From: Okamejei kenojei
Lineage: Eukaryota
Direction: 5' to 3'
Assembly: GCA_035221665.1 (NCBI GenBank)
Contig: CM069132.1
Coordinates: 72,106,001-72,170,000, forward strand
DNA length: 64,000 bases
The notes below the pieces were generated by a model. It saw only the letters and a program-made list of their open reading frames with translations, searched no databases and was not told where the DNA came from. Below, in pieces: positions 12,918 through 23,042 of this stretch. Positions within the stretch are counted from its first letter, which is position 1, and every line of letters begins with the position of its first letter. The position numbers and the translations under genes are program-made.

Positions 12918-13995
12918 TAACCTTTGGAAATCACTGTATATTGCCTTTGGCCTGCAGATCAATTGGTCACCATTCATGTCTATTTTTCACACTGCTATAC
13001 TGTTCCTTTAATTTTTCCATCTATTATTGTCTTACCCAATAATCTTTGTTTCTCTTCCACTGGCCCAGAGTTCATCCACACTTCCTAAAGCAAGCACCCG
13101 ATCAGTTATGTATTTGCACATTTGATTGGTCCTTGACCGTTGCCAAATGTTGTGGTCTCGCCATCCTATGTTTCTCAAATGTTCTCTCACTGAACGATCA
13201 AAGTAATATAATGATATACACTGACATCCCCTAAAACAAAAAGACGTAATGTTAAAAGTATAACAAACAAGTTGCACACAACAGCAATAAATACAAATAT
13301 AACAATGGAGAATCAAGAAGCTGCAGGTACTGGTTTACGAATAAAGACACAAAGTGCTGGAGTATGACAGAAAATGGCTGGATAACAGCAATGAAAAAAA
13401 TTTGGGTAACTAGTGAACAGGCCAGGAGATTTATTACATACTAGAATGAATTTAATATCTAATTAAAGTAGTTATTTAAATATTTTTGGAGATTTTGTTT
13501 TTAATTTCAAAATTATTTAGAACTTCAGGGATCACTTTGATAAGTAGATCAGTTGAAATAATTGGTTGAACGTTAATGAAAAGCTTCTTGTTTCTCCATT
13601 GTTATGCTTTTATTGCTGTTTTGTTATGCAACTTTGTTATATTTTTAACATTACAAACAGTGACTCCGTCTCAAAAATATAATGAGGTCATGTAATCTGT
13701 TTCTCAATTGGGTGGGTCAACGATAAAAAAAAATTCAAATGGTGGAATTTTGAAATGTTATCAAACTGCCAAATTGAACAAAAATGTGTTCAATTTTACT
13801 TTTCTGATTTGTGCAACGGAGAAACACTACATATGCACTGAAATTTCATTCAAGATTATTCAGATTGATAAAATGCACATCAGCTAAAAGGAGCTTCTTA
13901 ATGAACAAAATTCACTAAATTTGTTTTTATTTCTTGAAAAACAGTACCATTATTCACACTTGGTTGAGTAACATTGGGAATTTATCTTTATGCAG

Positions 13996-14072
13996 ATTTT
14001 TGATGAAGTTGAGCCATGAGACTGTGACCATTGAGCTGAAGAATGGAACACAGGTGCATGGAACAATCACAG
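13996..14072 (+). CDS. SNRPD1: Sm D1, coding exon 2 ([26 protein letters not shown]-)
   Basis: Acceptor tgcag before 13996 and donor gtaac at 14073. 77 nt, phase-compatible with exons 1 and 3; Sm1 motif. Confidence 0.96.
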
Positions 14073-14604
14073 GTAACGTAACAAGCTAAGGAACTTAGAT
14101 ATGTATTTGAAGGTTTGTAATCCTTAGGTGGGAGTTAATTGAATACTTTCTGGAAAAAATAGTTAGACCGAGTAAAGGTGATCATGAGCCTACTGAAATG
14201 TAAAAATGGGAAATAAAAGAAGAAAGTGCACAAAATATTCATTAAGTCGGGTAGCATCTATGGAGAGAGAAGCAGAACTAATGTTTCCACTTCTGTCTTG
14301 TTTTAATAAAAAGTAGGTAATAGTAAAAAGTCAGTTGGTAGGGGAAGAGCATCCAACTTCAGTTGCTCATATATTTTCGTGAGATTTGTTATTGGGACAT
14401 AAGATGACAAAATGGTTTGGACATTTTGCCTGGAGGAGGAAGTGGTAATAGAGTCAGACAGCATGGAAACATGCCCTTTGGCCCAGCTTGTAAAGGGAGT
14501 GAGAAGTTGGTAAGATGGTAAGGAGGGGAGGGAAGTTGAGTTAATTTCTTGAATATGTCTTAAAAGTCTTCATGCTTTTTTTGCAGACACATGGAGTTTA
14601 AAAG

Positions 14605-15421
14605 TCTAATAATTAAAAGTCTAACTTGACCACTTCTTGTTTGCGCTGTATATTGATTTTAGAAAAAACGCTGCCACTTACGGCTGTGTTTTTTGGCCTC
14701 CTTACCCAGAGTCCCCCACCAGCTGTCAGGGCCAGAGGAATTTTCCCATCGATGAAAAATAAAAGACTTATTAATGTTTTAAAAAATGTTGAGATTCTCT
14801 CTCCTGCCAATCACGACATGAAGGCCACGCCCCTTTTGAGGGGGAGGAGCAATAAACCCGGAAGTGTGGCGTGGCTCAGTCTCTGCAAGATGGGGGAGGG
14901 AGAGGGTAACGACTCTCAGTCTGAGCAGGAAATCTACAGAACACTGAGAACACTGACCTGTGAGTGCCCTTCATGTGTTTTTAAACTGCGCCTTTTGCAA
15001 CTGTGTGGCTATTGAAATGTATGCCTATTGCAACTGTGTGCCTGTGTGCCTTTTGCAAATGTGTGCCTTTTGCAACTAAAAAAATATGAAAATGCCTAAA
15101 ATTGATTGTCCACCCTCTCCCCCTTCTCTCTCTCACAGTCTCTCACCTGTTTTCGGCAGAATTTCTGGCAGTTTCTGAGCAGCCAGCCTGCCAGGCTTGA
15201 GTTACTGAGCTGCCAGCCCAAGAATCCATTTGGCCCACAATGTCCATGCTAGGCCTCTGGAAACCAGCCCCTTCAGCCCACAACACCCATGCTAGCACTC
15301 CAGAAAGCCCCCCCACACACCCTGGCCAGCAATCTTGGAATTGGTGGAGAGGTGGAATATTGTGTTGGGAGACCAGCCCTCCCGTGTGAAGCTGGGACCC
15401 AACGGGTCCCCCTTGGTCTAG
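14605..15421 (+). mobile_element. Non-autonomous Helitron-like element 1
   Basis: Starts TCTAATAATTAAAAG. Ends with hairpin GGGACCC-AAC-GGGTCCC (15394-15410), then CTAG (15418-15421) followed by T, the canonical Helitron 3' end. No TIR and no TSD. Confidence 0.65.
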
Positions 15422-16102
15422 TATATTACTAAAACTCTCATCTTGTTTGTTTGGATGTCTGTCTGTGAGTGAGATCCTGAAATTACACCAAAACGGTACA
15501 CGATAGTGCTATACTTTTTGCACCACCTTACTCACAATTGTTGTGGTGTGCTTTTAGCAAGTTTCGTTCAGATTGATGTTATATTTTACAAGTTATTCAC
15601 ATTTTCAACTATACAAAATCCAGTTTGAAAAAGAATAACTTGAACACTGCACTGGCAGTTGCTGGTAGTTACAGCTATGACGTCACAATGGGATCTCATT
15701 TACATGAACTGCCCGTGAACAGTGCTACACCCGACAATGATATCACAATGGGATCTAATTTACATAAACTGCTCATCAACAGTTGTTCCACCCAGTGCAA
15801 TGAGAGATTTGTTACATTGTAAGGAGGGGGGGAGAAATGCTATTTAAACATTGTGTTTAGTGGGGGAGTGCAATGGGGAGAGGTGGGGGAGCAGGGAGAT
15901 AAGGGAGGGTGAAGAGGAGGGGGAGGGAGTGTTGGGGGATGTGGGCAAATGAGTCGCGTCTGCGCTGTTGGCTATGGGTGAGTGGTGAAATATTGCGTTG
16001 GGGGAATGGGTGAGTGGTGGAAACTGGTTGCGTTGAGGGAATGGGTGAGTGGTGGAATATTGTGTTGCGGGAACAGGGCTCAATGGGTCCCACTTGGTCT
16101 GG
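15422..16102 (+). mobile_element. Non-autonomous Helitron-like element 2 (tandem with element 1)
   Basis: Begins TATATTACTAAAAC directly after element 1. Ends with a decayed copy of the same hairpin (GGGCTCAATGGGTCCC, 16076-16091) and CTGG-T (CTRR). Contains ~33-bp repeats of GGGTGAGTGGTGGAATATTGCGTTGGGGGAAT at ~15977-16070. Confidence 0.6.
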
Positions 16103-16990
16103 TAACTATTAACTTTGCACAGTGTGGGTCCGCTGCCCAGCTACTAGCCTGCAAATATGGACATTGTTTTGAAGTCAGTTATATAATTGTTAAACATACT
16201 CATGCAATGTTGGTTCTCATCTGTAGATGCTAAAGCTGATACTAATAGATAGTTTGTTTCAGAGACAAAAATCGCATTTATATACAGCCTTTTATATTAT
16301 TACTATATCCCTGACTGCTCTGCTCTCTGTTTCCTCACCATGGCTCTTGTGTCTTTTTAATTTCCCACAGTCAAGTTAAATAGCAATGTGATAAATAATC
16401 CAGTAATGCGTTATAATGGTGTTTGAGAGATCAATGTTGGTGGGCATGTTGGGAGAACATCCTACAACTTCCAACAGTGCCATGCGATCTCTTATGTATG
16501 GCTGATTATTGCAGTTGGGCCTTTATGTTAAGGGCCCAGCTGTTACCTGACATATTCGAGGGAGAGTTAGAAAAGAGAGTTAGATATCGCTCTTAGGGCT
16601 AACGGAATCAAGGAATTTGGGGAGAAAGCAGGAACGGGGTACTGATTTTGGATGATCGGCCATGATCATATTGAGTGGAGTGGCTCGGAGGGCCTAATGG
16701 CCTATTCTTGCATCTATTTTCTATGTTTCTAACTGCAACAGTTCAGTACCATAATTTTGATACCTATTTCTGCTTCTGCTCTTGGGTCATACCACATCCA
16801 TAACAATTGAAAACCAGAAAAAAAAGTGGTGCAAGATAGTCAGACTCATCTTAATTGGTACAAGTTTAAAGAAGTTGAACTTAACCCAGTGGAGGAAACT
16901 TGTACCAAGTACACCAGGTAACTAGCCCAAAATGTTGGAAAAAAACTTTTTGAAAATGCACAACAGATTTTTATTTGAATTTAATTCCAG

Positions 16991-17182
16991 GAGTGGACGT
17001 CAGTATGAACACTCACCTGAAAGCAGTGAAGATGACGTTGAAGAACAGAGAACCCGTACAGCTTGAGACCCTCAGTATTCGAGGAAACAACATTCGTTAC
17101 TTTGTACTCCCTGACAGCTTACCATTGGACACGCTCTTAGTGGATGTTGAGCCGAAAGTCAAGTCAAAAAAGAGAGAAGCAG
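16991..17182 (+). CDS. SNRPD1: Sm D1, coding exon 3 ([64 protein letters not shown]-)
   Basis: Acceptor ttccag and donor gtatgg at 17183. 192 nt; Sm2 motif IRGNNI. Confidence 0.97.
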
Positions 17183-17817
17183 GTATGGGGCTGGCAAAGT
17201 GATTAACTGAAAATGTTTTAATGTAAACGTTAAATTAGATTTTATGGTATAGGATTATATTGGTTAACAATTTCCTTCCACTGCGAGGATCTAGATTTTT
17301 GTCTAGCTCAAACCAATGAATTGTTGCCTCTCTAGTTTTTAGAATCGGTTTGGTAGGTTTAAGCTAACCTGGGAGTCTTAGGGACAACAGCATGTACACA
17401 TGTGACTGGTAGGAAAGATAATAATACTGAATCTTGAAGGAATGATTTTCTACTGTTCAGTTAAACCATTTTTGGAAGTGGGCCAGTTTGAGTATTTGAA
17501 TTGTGTACACTAAACTAATAAGCCACTTCGGTATTCCGAAAAACGCAAGGAATCATGGGACTTTTCAAAGGTCATTCGAGAATTTAAAAAAGCAATCTGG
17601 GTGCCTGGTAGTGGGGGAGAGCGGGGTGTAAGAACGAGAGGGGGGGGCAGAAGCGAGTGGGAGACAGGGACAGACAGTGAGAGGTGGGGGAAAAGAGGTT
17701 TCAGTTAGACAGACAACCACTGTTAAAGCCATGGGTCGTTGCTTCTAGGAGAGTGGAGAAAATGTCCTCAATTGAGAGAATGCAACTTAAGAACCCCCTC
17801 ATCCTGACCGTGCTGGA

Positions 17818-18228
17818 GATTTTCACGGGCGCAAGGAACAAATGACCTAAAGTTTGCGTTGTGTGAACTGAGTGTTCTTACGTTGAGTGTCCTCGTCGTA
17901 CACCGGCGTTTTGTGAGAGAGGTTGGATCCCGGGATCGAGGAGTCAGCGCCCGACAGATGAGCGGTGTCTCTCTGCATGCCGCTAGAAGAACTGACACCT
18001 CTACTCCCCGGGTCAGGCGCTGCCTCCTCCATCCCGCTGCTCGGCGGCTGCCGACTAGGATTCCAGAACATCGCCGATGCCTGTCTGGGTAATGTGACCG
18101 ATGTTGGTTGAGCTGAAGCTGGGATCCAACCACTCTCACAAAACCACGGTGTACGGCAAGGACGTTAAGAACACTCAGTTCATTCAACGCAAACTTTAGG
18201 TAATTTGTTCCTTGCGCCCGTGGAAATC
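17818..18228. repeat. Long imperfect inverted repeat with two internal hairpins (T-shaped foldback)
   Basis: 17818-17931 is the reverse complement of 18121-18228, with a few mismatches and one indel. 17932-17955 pairs with 18012-18035. A weaker hairpin spans 18036-18120. Confidence 0.85.
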
Positions 18229-18330
18229 CCCGCTCCCATCCATCCCAACCACGGCGCAAAAATCTAATGTGTAGGAAGTCTGAAGGAGGGTCTTCTATCC
18301 AGAGGATGCGGACGGGAGTGTCGGCTCAAG

Positions 18331-18443
18331 CCCGCAGCCAGCAATGAGGGGAGGCGCCGGCCCCAGCTCGACTCTGCCTGTCCCGCCGACGGGACGGGCG
18401 GGGTTGAGCTGGAGTGGTGCTTCTCTTCCACGCCGCCTGCGGG
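18331..18443 (+). other. GC-rich long hairpin with many G.U pairs
   Basis: 23-bp stem 18363-18385/18390-18412 closed by a CCGA loop, 13-bp stem 18346-18358/18416-18428, and outer stem CCCGCAG/CTGCGGG. Confidence 0.8.
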
Positions 18444-18589
18444 CCTACATCCCAGGCACCAGAGACCAATCTCGGCCTCAGTCCTGAATTAAAGAGACCT
18501 GGTGGCCTCCTCGTGTCAGCTTTACATATATTGTAAGCAGGTTAGATGATTATTGGCCTAGTTCTACACAACTATTTCATAAATGATAT

Positions 18590-18886
18590 CACGATGGCGT
18601 AGCAGTACAGCAGTGCAGAGACCTGGGTTCAATCCTGACTACGGGTGCTTGTCTGTACGGAGTTTGTATGTTTGTACGTTCTTCCCGTGACGTGCATGGA
18701 TTTGCTTCCGAGATCTTTAGTTTCCTCCCACATTTCAAAGACGTACAGGTTTGGAGGTTAATTGGTTTGGTGTAAATGTAAAATTGTCCCTAGTGTGTGT
18801 AGGGTAGTGTTAATTTGCGGGTACCGTTGGTCGGTGCTGATTCCGTGAGTCGAATGCCTCAGCGCTATGCCTCTAAACTAAACTGA
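18590..18886 (+). mobile_element. tRNA-derived SINE (V-SINE/HE1-like)
   Basis: B-box GGTTCAATCC at 18626-18635, central ggagtttgt..gttctcccc...tttcctcccaca..caaagac domain, and (ctaaa)n tail. Confidence 0.75.
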
Positions 18887-19147
18887 AGATTTACTTTTTA
18901 TAATCACAAAAAATTCCTGGGCATATAATACTGCAGAGTGACCACTGTATTAGCATTCATTTCTTACAATTGGAAACTAAGGCTTCAAAATGTTTTTATT
19001 TGAGTAATAAAGTCTGCACAGATTCATGAAAGTGTACAATTGTAAATGCGCTGGTGGATCAGTTCAGCTAGGTATTACTTTTGTATGAAAATAATAAGGC
19101 AAATTTTTATTTTTAAATAACTTGGGCTCTTATGTTTTAACTTTCAG

Positions 19148-19224
19148 TTGCCGGTCGCGGTCGGGGAAGAGGCCGAGGCCGGGGTAGAGGCCGAGGCAGA
19201 GGGAGAGGTGGACCAAGGCGATGA
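19148..19224 (+). CDS. SNRPD1: Sm D1, coding exon 4 (AGRGRGRGRGRGRGRGRGRGGPRR*)
   Basis: Acceptor tttcag, GR dipeptide tail, TGA at 19222-19224. The four exons total 14+77+192+77=360 nt, i.e. 119 aa plus stop. Confidence 0.96.
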
Positions 19225-19311
19225 TGTTCTTTTCCATCCTTTGGGGGTTGTTGCTGTTGATGTTTGTAAAAGTTTTGTTTACTCAAGAATTTTTGCATTA
19301 TTTCTGTTTTT

Positions 19312-19317
19312 AATAAA
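19312..19317 (+). terminator. SNRPD1 polyadenylation signal
   Basis: AATAAA ~90 nt after the stop codon, preceded by U-rich sequence. Confidence 0.7.
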
Positions 19318-20609
19318 GTTGATTCGCATAATTTAACTATCCGAATGATTAAAATAAGGCAAAGAAAAGTACATCATTTTTATGTTTTCACATATGGATC
19401 TGTCTGAGTAGCTAAATTGGCCAATTCTGTATTTACACTATCATTTTTAACATGTTTTGGTATTAAACAAATATTTCCACTGATGGAAATATTTTACATA
19501 TGTACATTAGTGAGAGACAAATGTTTACATAACCGTTAAACAATAGCATCTATTATAGTAAAAAGGCAAATATTATTAGACATTTATGAACATTGCTGCA
19601 TGATTTCCTTGTTATGTGCTTAGATACAAAAATATTATCCTTTATACAAGACAAAACAGTACATACCAACAGAAATTCCAGAATGCTGTTCCATATCTTG
19701 TACAAATGGAGTCGAGCCTTCACATACATGTAGTATATTACTTTTAAAAGGGTAAATATGAAATTTGAATCTCACTGCTGCAATCCCCAAAGAAATGCAA
19801 ATGGTGTTCTAAACAATTTCAGATAAGTAAAATAGATGGAGGATATGCAGCATGGAAGACATATTAATATTTGTGAGGTAATACTACTTGGTTTCACACA
19901 TTTCAGAAAGATTAAAAAAGCCTGCATTCACTTTTTAAAGGGCTTTGTAGCTGGTTCAGTCGTCTTTGCTTTTTCCATTTTGTGTAATTTATTCTGTATA
20001 TTGTCAATTCATTTATCTTTTGAAGCTGTTTGCACACACCTGTACCAGGCAGAACATTTGAAATCTTAACCATTTAAGTTGCAAAGTATTTGTTTTGTTT
20101 TTGGTCATTCCTCAATCATCTTACATATTTGTCCTCTGCCATTGCAGGCAGTTTATTTTTATGCACTCACTTTGAGCCATTCACAATGTTCAACAACTCC
20201 ATCATATCTCCTCTAGGGACACAAGAGAGTGCAGATGTTGGGATCTTGAGCAAAACACAAAGTGCTGGAGGAACTTGGCAGATCAGGCAGCCTTGTGGAG
20301 GGAAATGGACAGATGATGTTTCAAGTTATCCTGGAGTTAATGCTCCTCACAAGCTCTTTCTCATCACCGTTATCTAATTATATTCTAATCAATATATTCC
20401 TTTATTCTTTTCTCAATGTGCCCTCTTAGTTTTCTCTGAAATTCTTCTCTGCTGTTTACCTCAACTACTACTAAAAGCAATTTCCACATTCTAAAAATTT
20501 AAATATGAAGGGTTCTCCTACATTCCTTCTCTTGGACTTACTGGTGACTGTTATGGAAAAATACTTTTCATTATCATGAATATCTTCGTCATGCATTTCT
20601 CAGTGAGAA

Positions 20610-21990
20610 CAGTGTAGCATAGGAAGAGGCTCTTTGGTCCAGTGTCTGCTGAACATGATGCCGTATTAAACAAACCCTTGCTAACTGCACATGATCCTTG
20701 CCTCTTGATTTCCTGCATCTTTGTGTGCCTATCAAAGAGCCTCTTAAATCCCATTGTTGTATCTTCTTTCACCACCACCCTTGGAAGTGAATTTCAGGCA
20801 CCAACCACCCAATGGGCCCCACACATATACCTTAAATTTTCTACCTCTCAACTAGAAGCTATGCCCTCTAGTTTTTGACATTTCCACCCTTGGGGGGCGG
20901 GGGGGGGGGGGAAGATTTTGACTACCTGTCTTATATCTTATAATTTTATATTATATCAGGTCTCCCCTCAGCCTCTGACATTCCAGAGAAAACAATCTGA
21001 GTTTGTCCAACCTCCTTATAGTAAATACCCCCTAATAAAGGCAGTATCCTGGTAAATCTCTTCTGCACCAGAGTCAAATGTTTTTCCTGTCATGGGGAAC
21101 CCTGAACTACATGTAATGCTCCAAATACAGCCTAGTGAAAGTATTATAAAGCTGCAACATAACTTCCTGCTCATAGTCAATACCCCGACCAATGAAGGCA
21201 AGCATACTATATGCCGTCTTTAACATTCATTGCAGCTACGGCTCCTGCCGTTCCTCTACATGCATTCCCCTATGTTTGACCTCCCAAACTACAACACTTC
21301 ATACTTGCTCAGATTAAACTCACATTTTTCATTTTTACCCATAAATGGAACTATATCCTTTGAAAGCTTTCTTCACTGTCTGCAATTCTACCAATTTTTG
21401 AGTCATCTGCAAGCTTAGTAAAAATTAAATTCCAATTAAATGTCATATATTACAAAACAACAAAAGTACTAGTACTGATCCCTGAGGAATCCCACTGGTC
21501 ACAGACCTCCGGTCAGAAAAACAACATTCCATCACTACTATGGGTAACTCAAACAACTATAGGTAAGCCAGTTGTGGATCGCTGTGGATCCCATGCATTT
21601 TAATCTGGATCAGCATATGAAGGACCATGTCAAATGCCATATTCAAGGCCTTATTCGACAACATCCACTGCCATGTCCTCATCAATCACTTCCTCACCTA
21701 AAACAAAAAATAATTGCAATTATAATATATAACCGGCAGTGGATTCTCATTCTCTTCCAAATATGAGTAAATCCTATCCTTAAGAATCCTCTCAAGTAGA
21801 GTTCCTACCTCTAAAAGAGGCTCACCAACCTATAATTTCCTACATTATCCCGTTTTCCCTTGAAGGAGCAATATTGGCTACTTTCCCGATCTCAAGGACC
21901 CCACCTGTGGCCCTCAAGAGTTTGCAAAGATATCAAGGCCCCAGCCCCATGCCTCATAATCTGGGATAAATTCCAATAGGTCCTGGGGAT
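20610..21990 (-). mobile_element. Old decayed CR1
   Basis: Degenerate CR1 3' end and RT sequence on the minus strand (caggtctcccctcagcctctg; cctgaggaatcccactggtcac). Confidence 0.65.
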
Positions 21991-23042
21991 ATAAATTGTT
22001 AATTAAATTAAAAGTTGATTAGATTATATCACAACTGTGTATGGAAAGATTACTGGCTGGCACATTTCCAACATTGAACACAAAAATATGTTTTTAATTG
22101 CTGCAAAGAATCTTTGGACATCATGAACATTATTACAGAAATGAAATAATTTATCCAAGTGCCCATGTGTCATTTGGAATCCGTTTCCTAATGTTTTGAC
22201 GCATTAAAATAAAATTCAGTTCGGAATTTGTATTATATCCTGACATTAGAAACAACTTTTTATAACAACCTAATTAGGATGCTTATGAAGTTTATTATGT
22301 GGATTATGTGATGGAGGGAACCTGACTGATTGATCTAATTGGATTGTTTAAGATACTGAAAGGCGTTAATAAGGAAACTGGAACTCTAAATATTTGTTGA
22401 GCCTGTAGAGGAGAGATGCTGGACAGTGAGTAAATTAGTATTTTGGGAGGGAACACACTGCTACCACTACGCTGTGGTTCTGTTTTTTTTCTTTGGTTCA
22501 TGCTCCCACGCCATCTTGAATTGTCCTTTTCACTTTTCCTCTGTCCACCTGGTAATCTCTTGCCACCAGGAACACTAAAGTAGAGTTGAGACAAAAGAAA
22601 CAGGAAATGCTGGAATCTTGAGTGAAAAACTAAGTGCTGGAGTAACTCAGTAAGTCTAAAAAAGGGTCCCATCTCAAAATGTTGCTCATCCATGTCTTCC
22701 GCATATGCTGCCTGGGATGCCGAGTTACTCCACACTTTCTGTTGTCTTTGAGATTATGTTTTGGGAATCTGGTGTTAGGGTTGGGGATGTTGATATAAGC
22801 TGATGACTAATTGTAGTGTCAATGCTGATAATCTTTGCTCATGAGAGGGTGTTGAAGTTAGTTTGTCTACTGTGCTGGTCCTTGCTTGTGCAAGTCCAAG
22901 GCATTCAATTTTTCCATAGGGGTTGCTGAGACATCAGACTAGCTCATTCTTGACAGCAAAGCTCACGCCACCAAGTGGTGTTACTCTTGTGGTTTTCATA
23001 AGTTCCCTTTCCTCATGGTGAAACATAGAAACAGAAATTATA

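Noticed and set aside
15970-16075. Short repeated units resembling a CRISPR-like array
   Set aside because: Simple minisatellite with no unique spacers, inside a Helitron-like element in vertebrate DNA; no cas genes.
17954-17995. CAGATGAG-stem-CTAGAAGAAC resembling a hammerhead inside the foldback
   Set aside because: Both core segments deviate (CAGAUGA, and no GAAA directly after the stem), and no stem I/III could be built.
17768-18259. 163-aa minus ORF over the foldback element
   Set aside because: No recognisable domain; openness is explained by GC content and the inverted repeat.
18590-18640. tRNA gene
   Set aside because: Only a B-box and a degenerate A-box within a SINE head; no cloverleaf.
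19148-19336. ORF with EAEAG repeats
   Set aside because: Alternative frame of the SNRPD1 GR-repeat exon.
20891-20912. G-run / possible G-quadruplex
   Set aside because: Homopolymer expansion inside a decayed CR1; no sign of function, and error-prone in sequencing.
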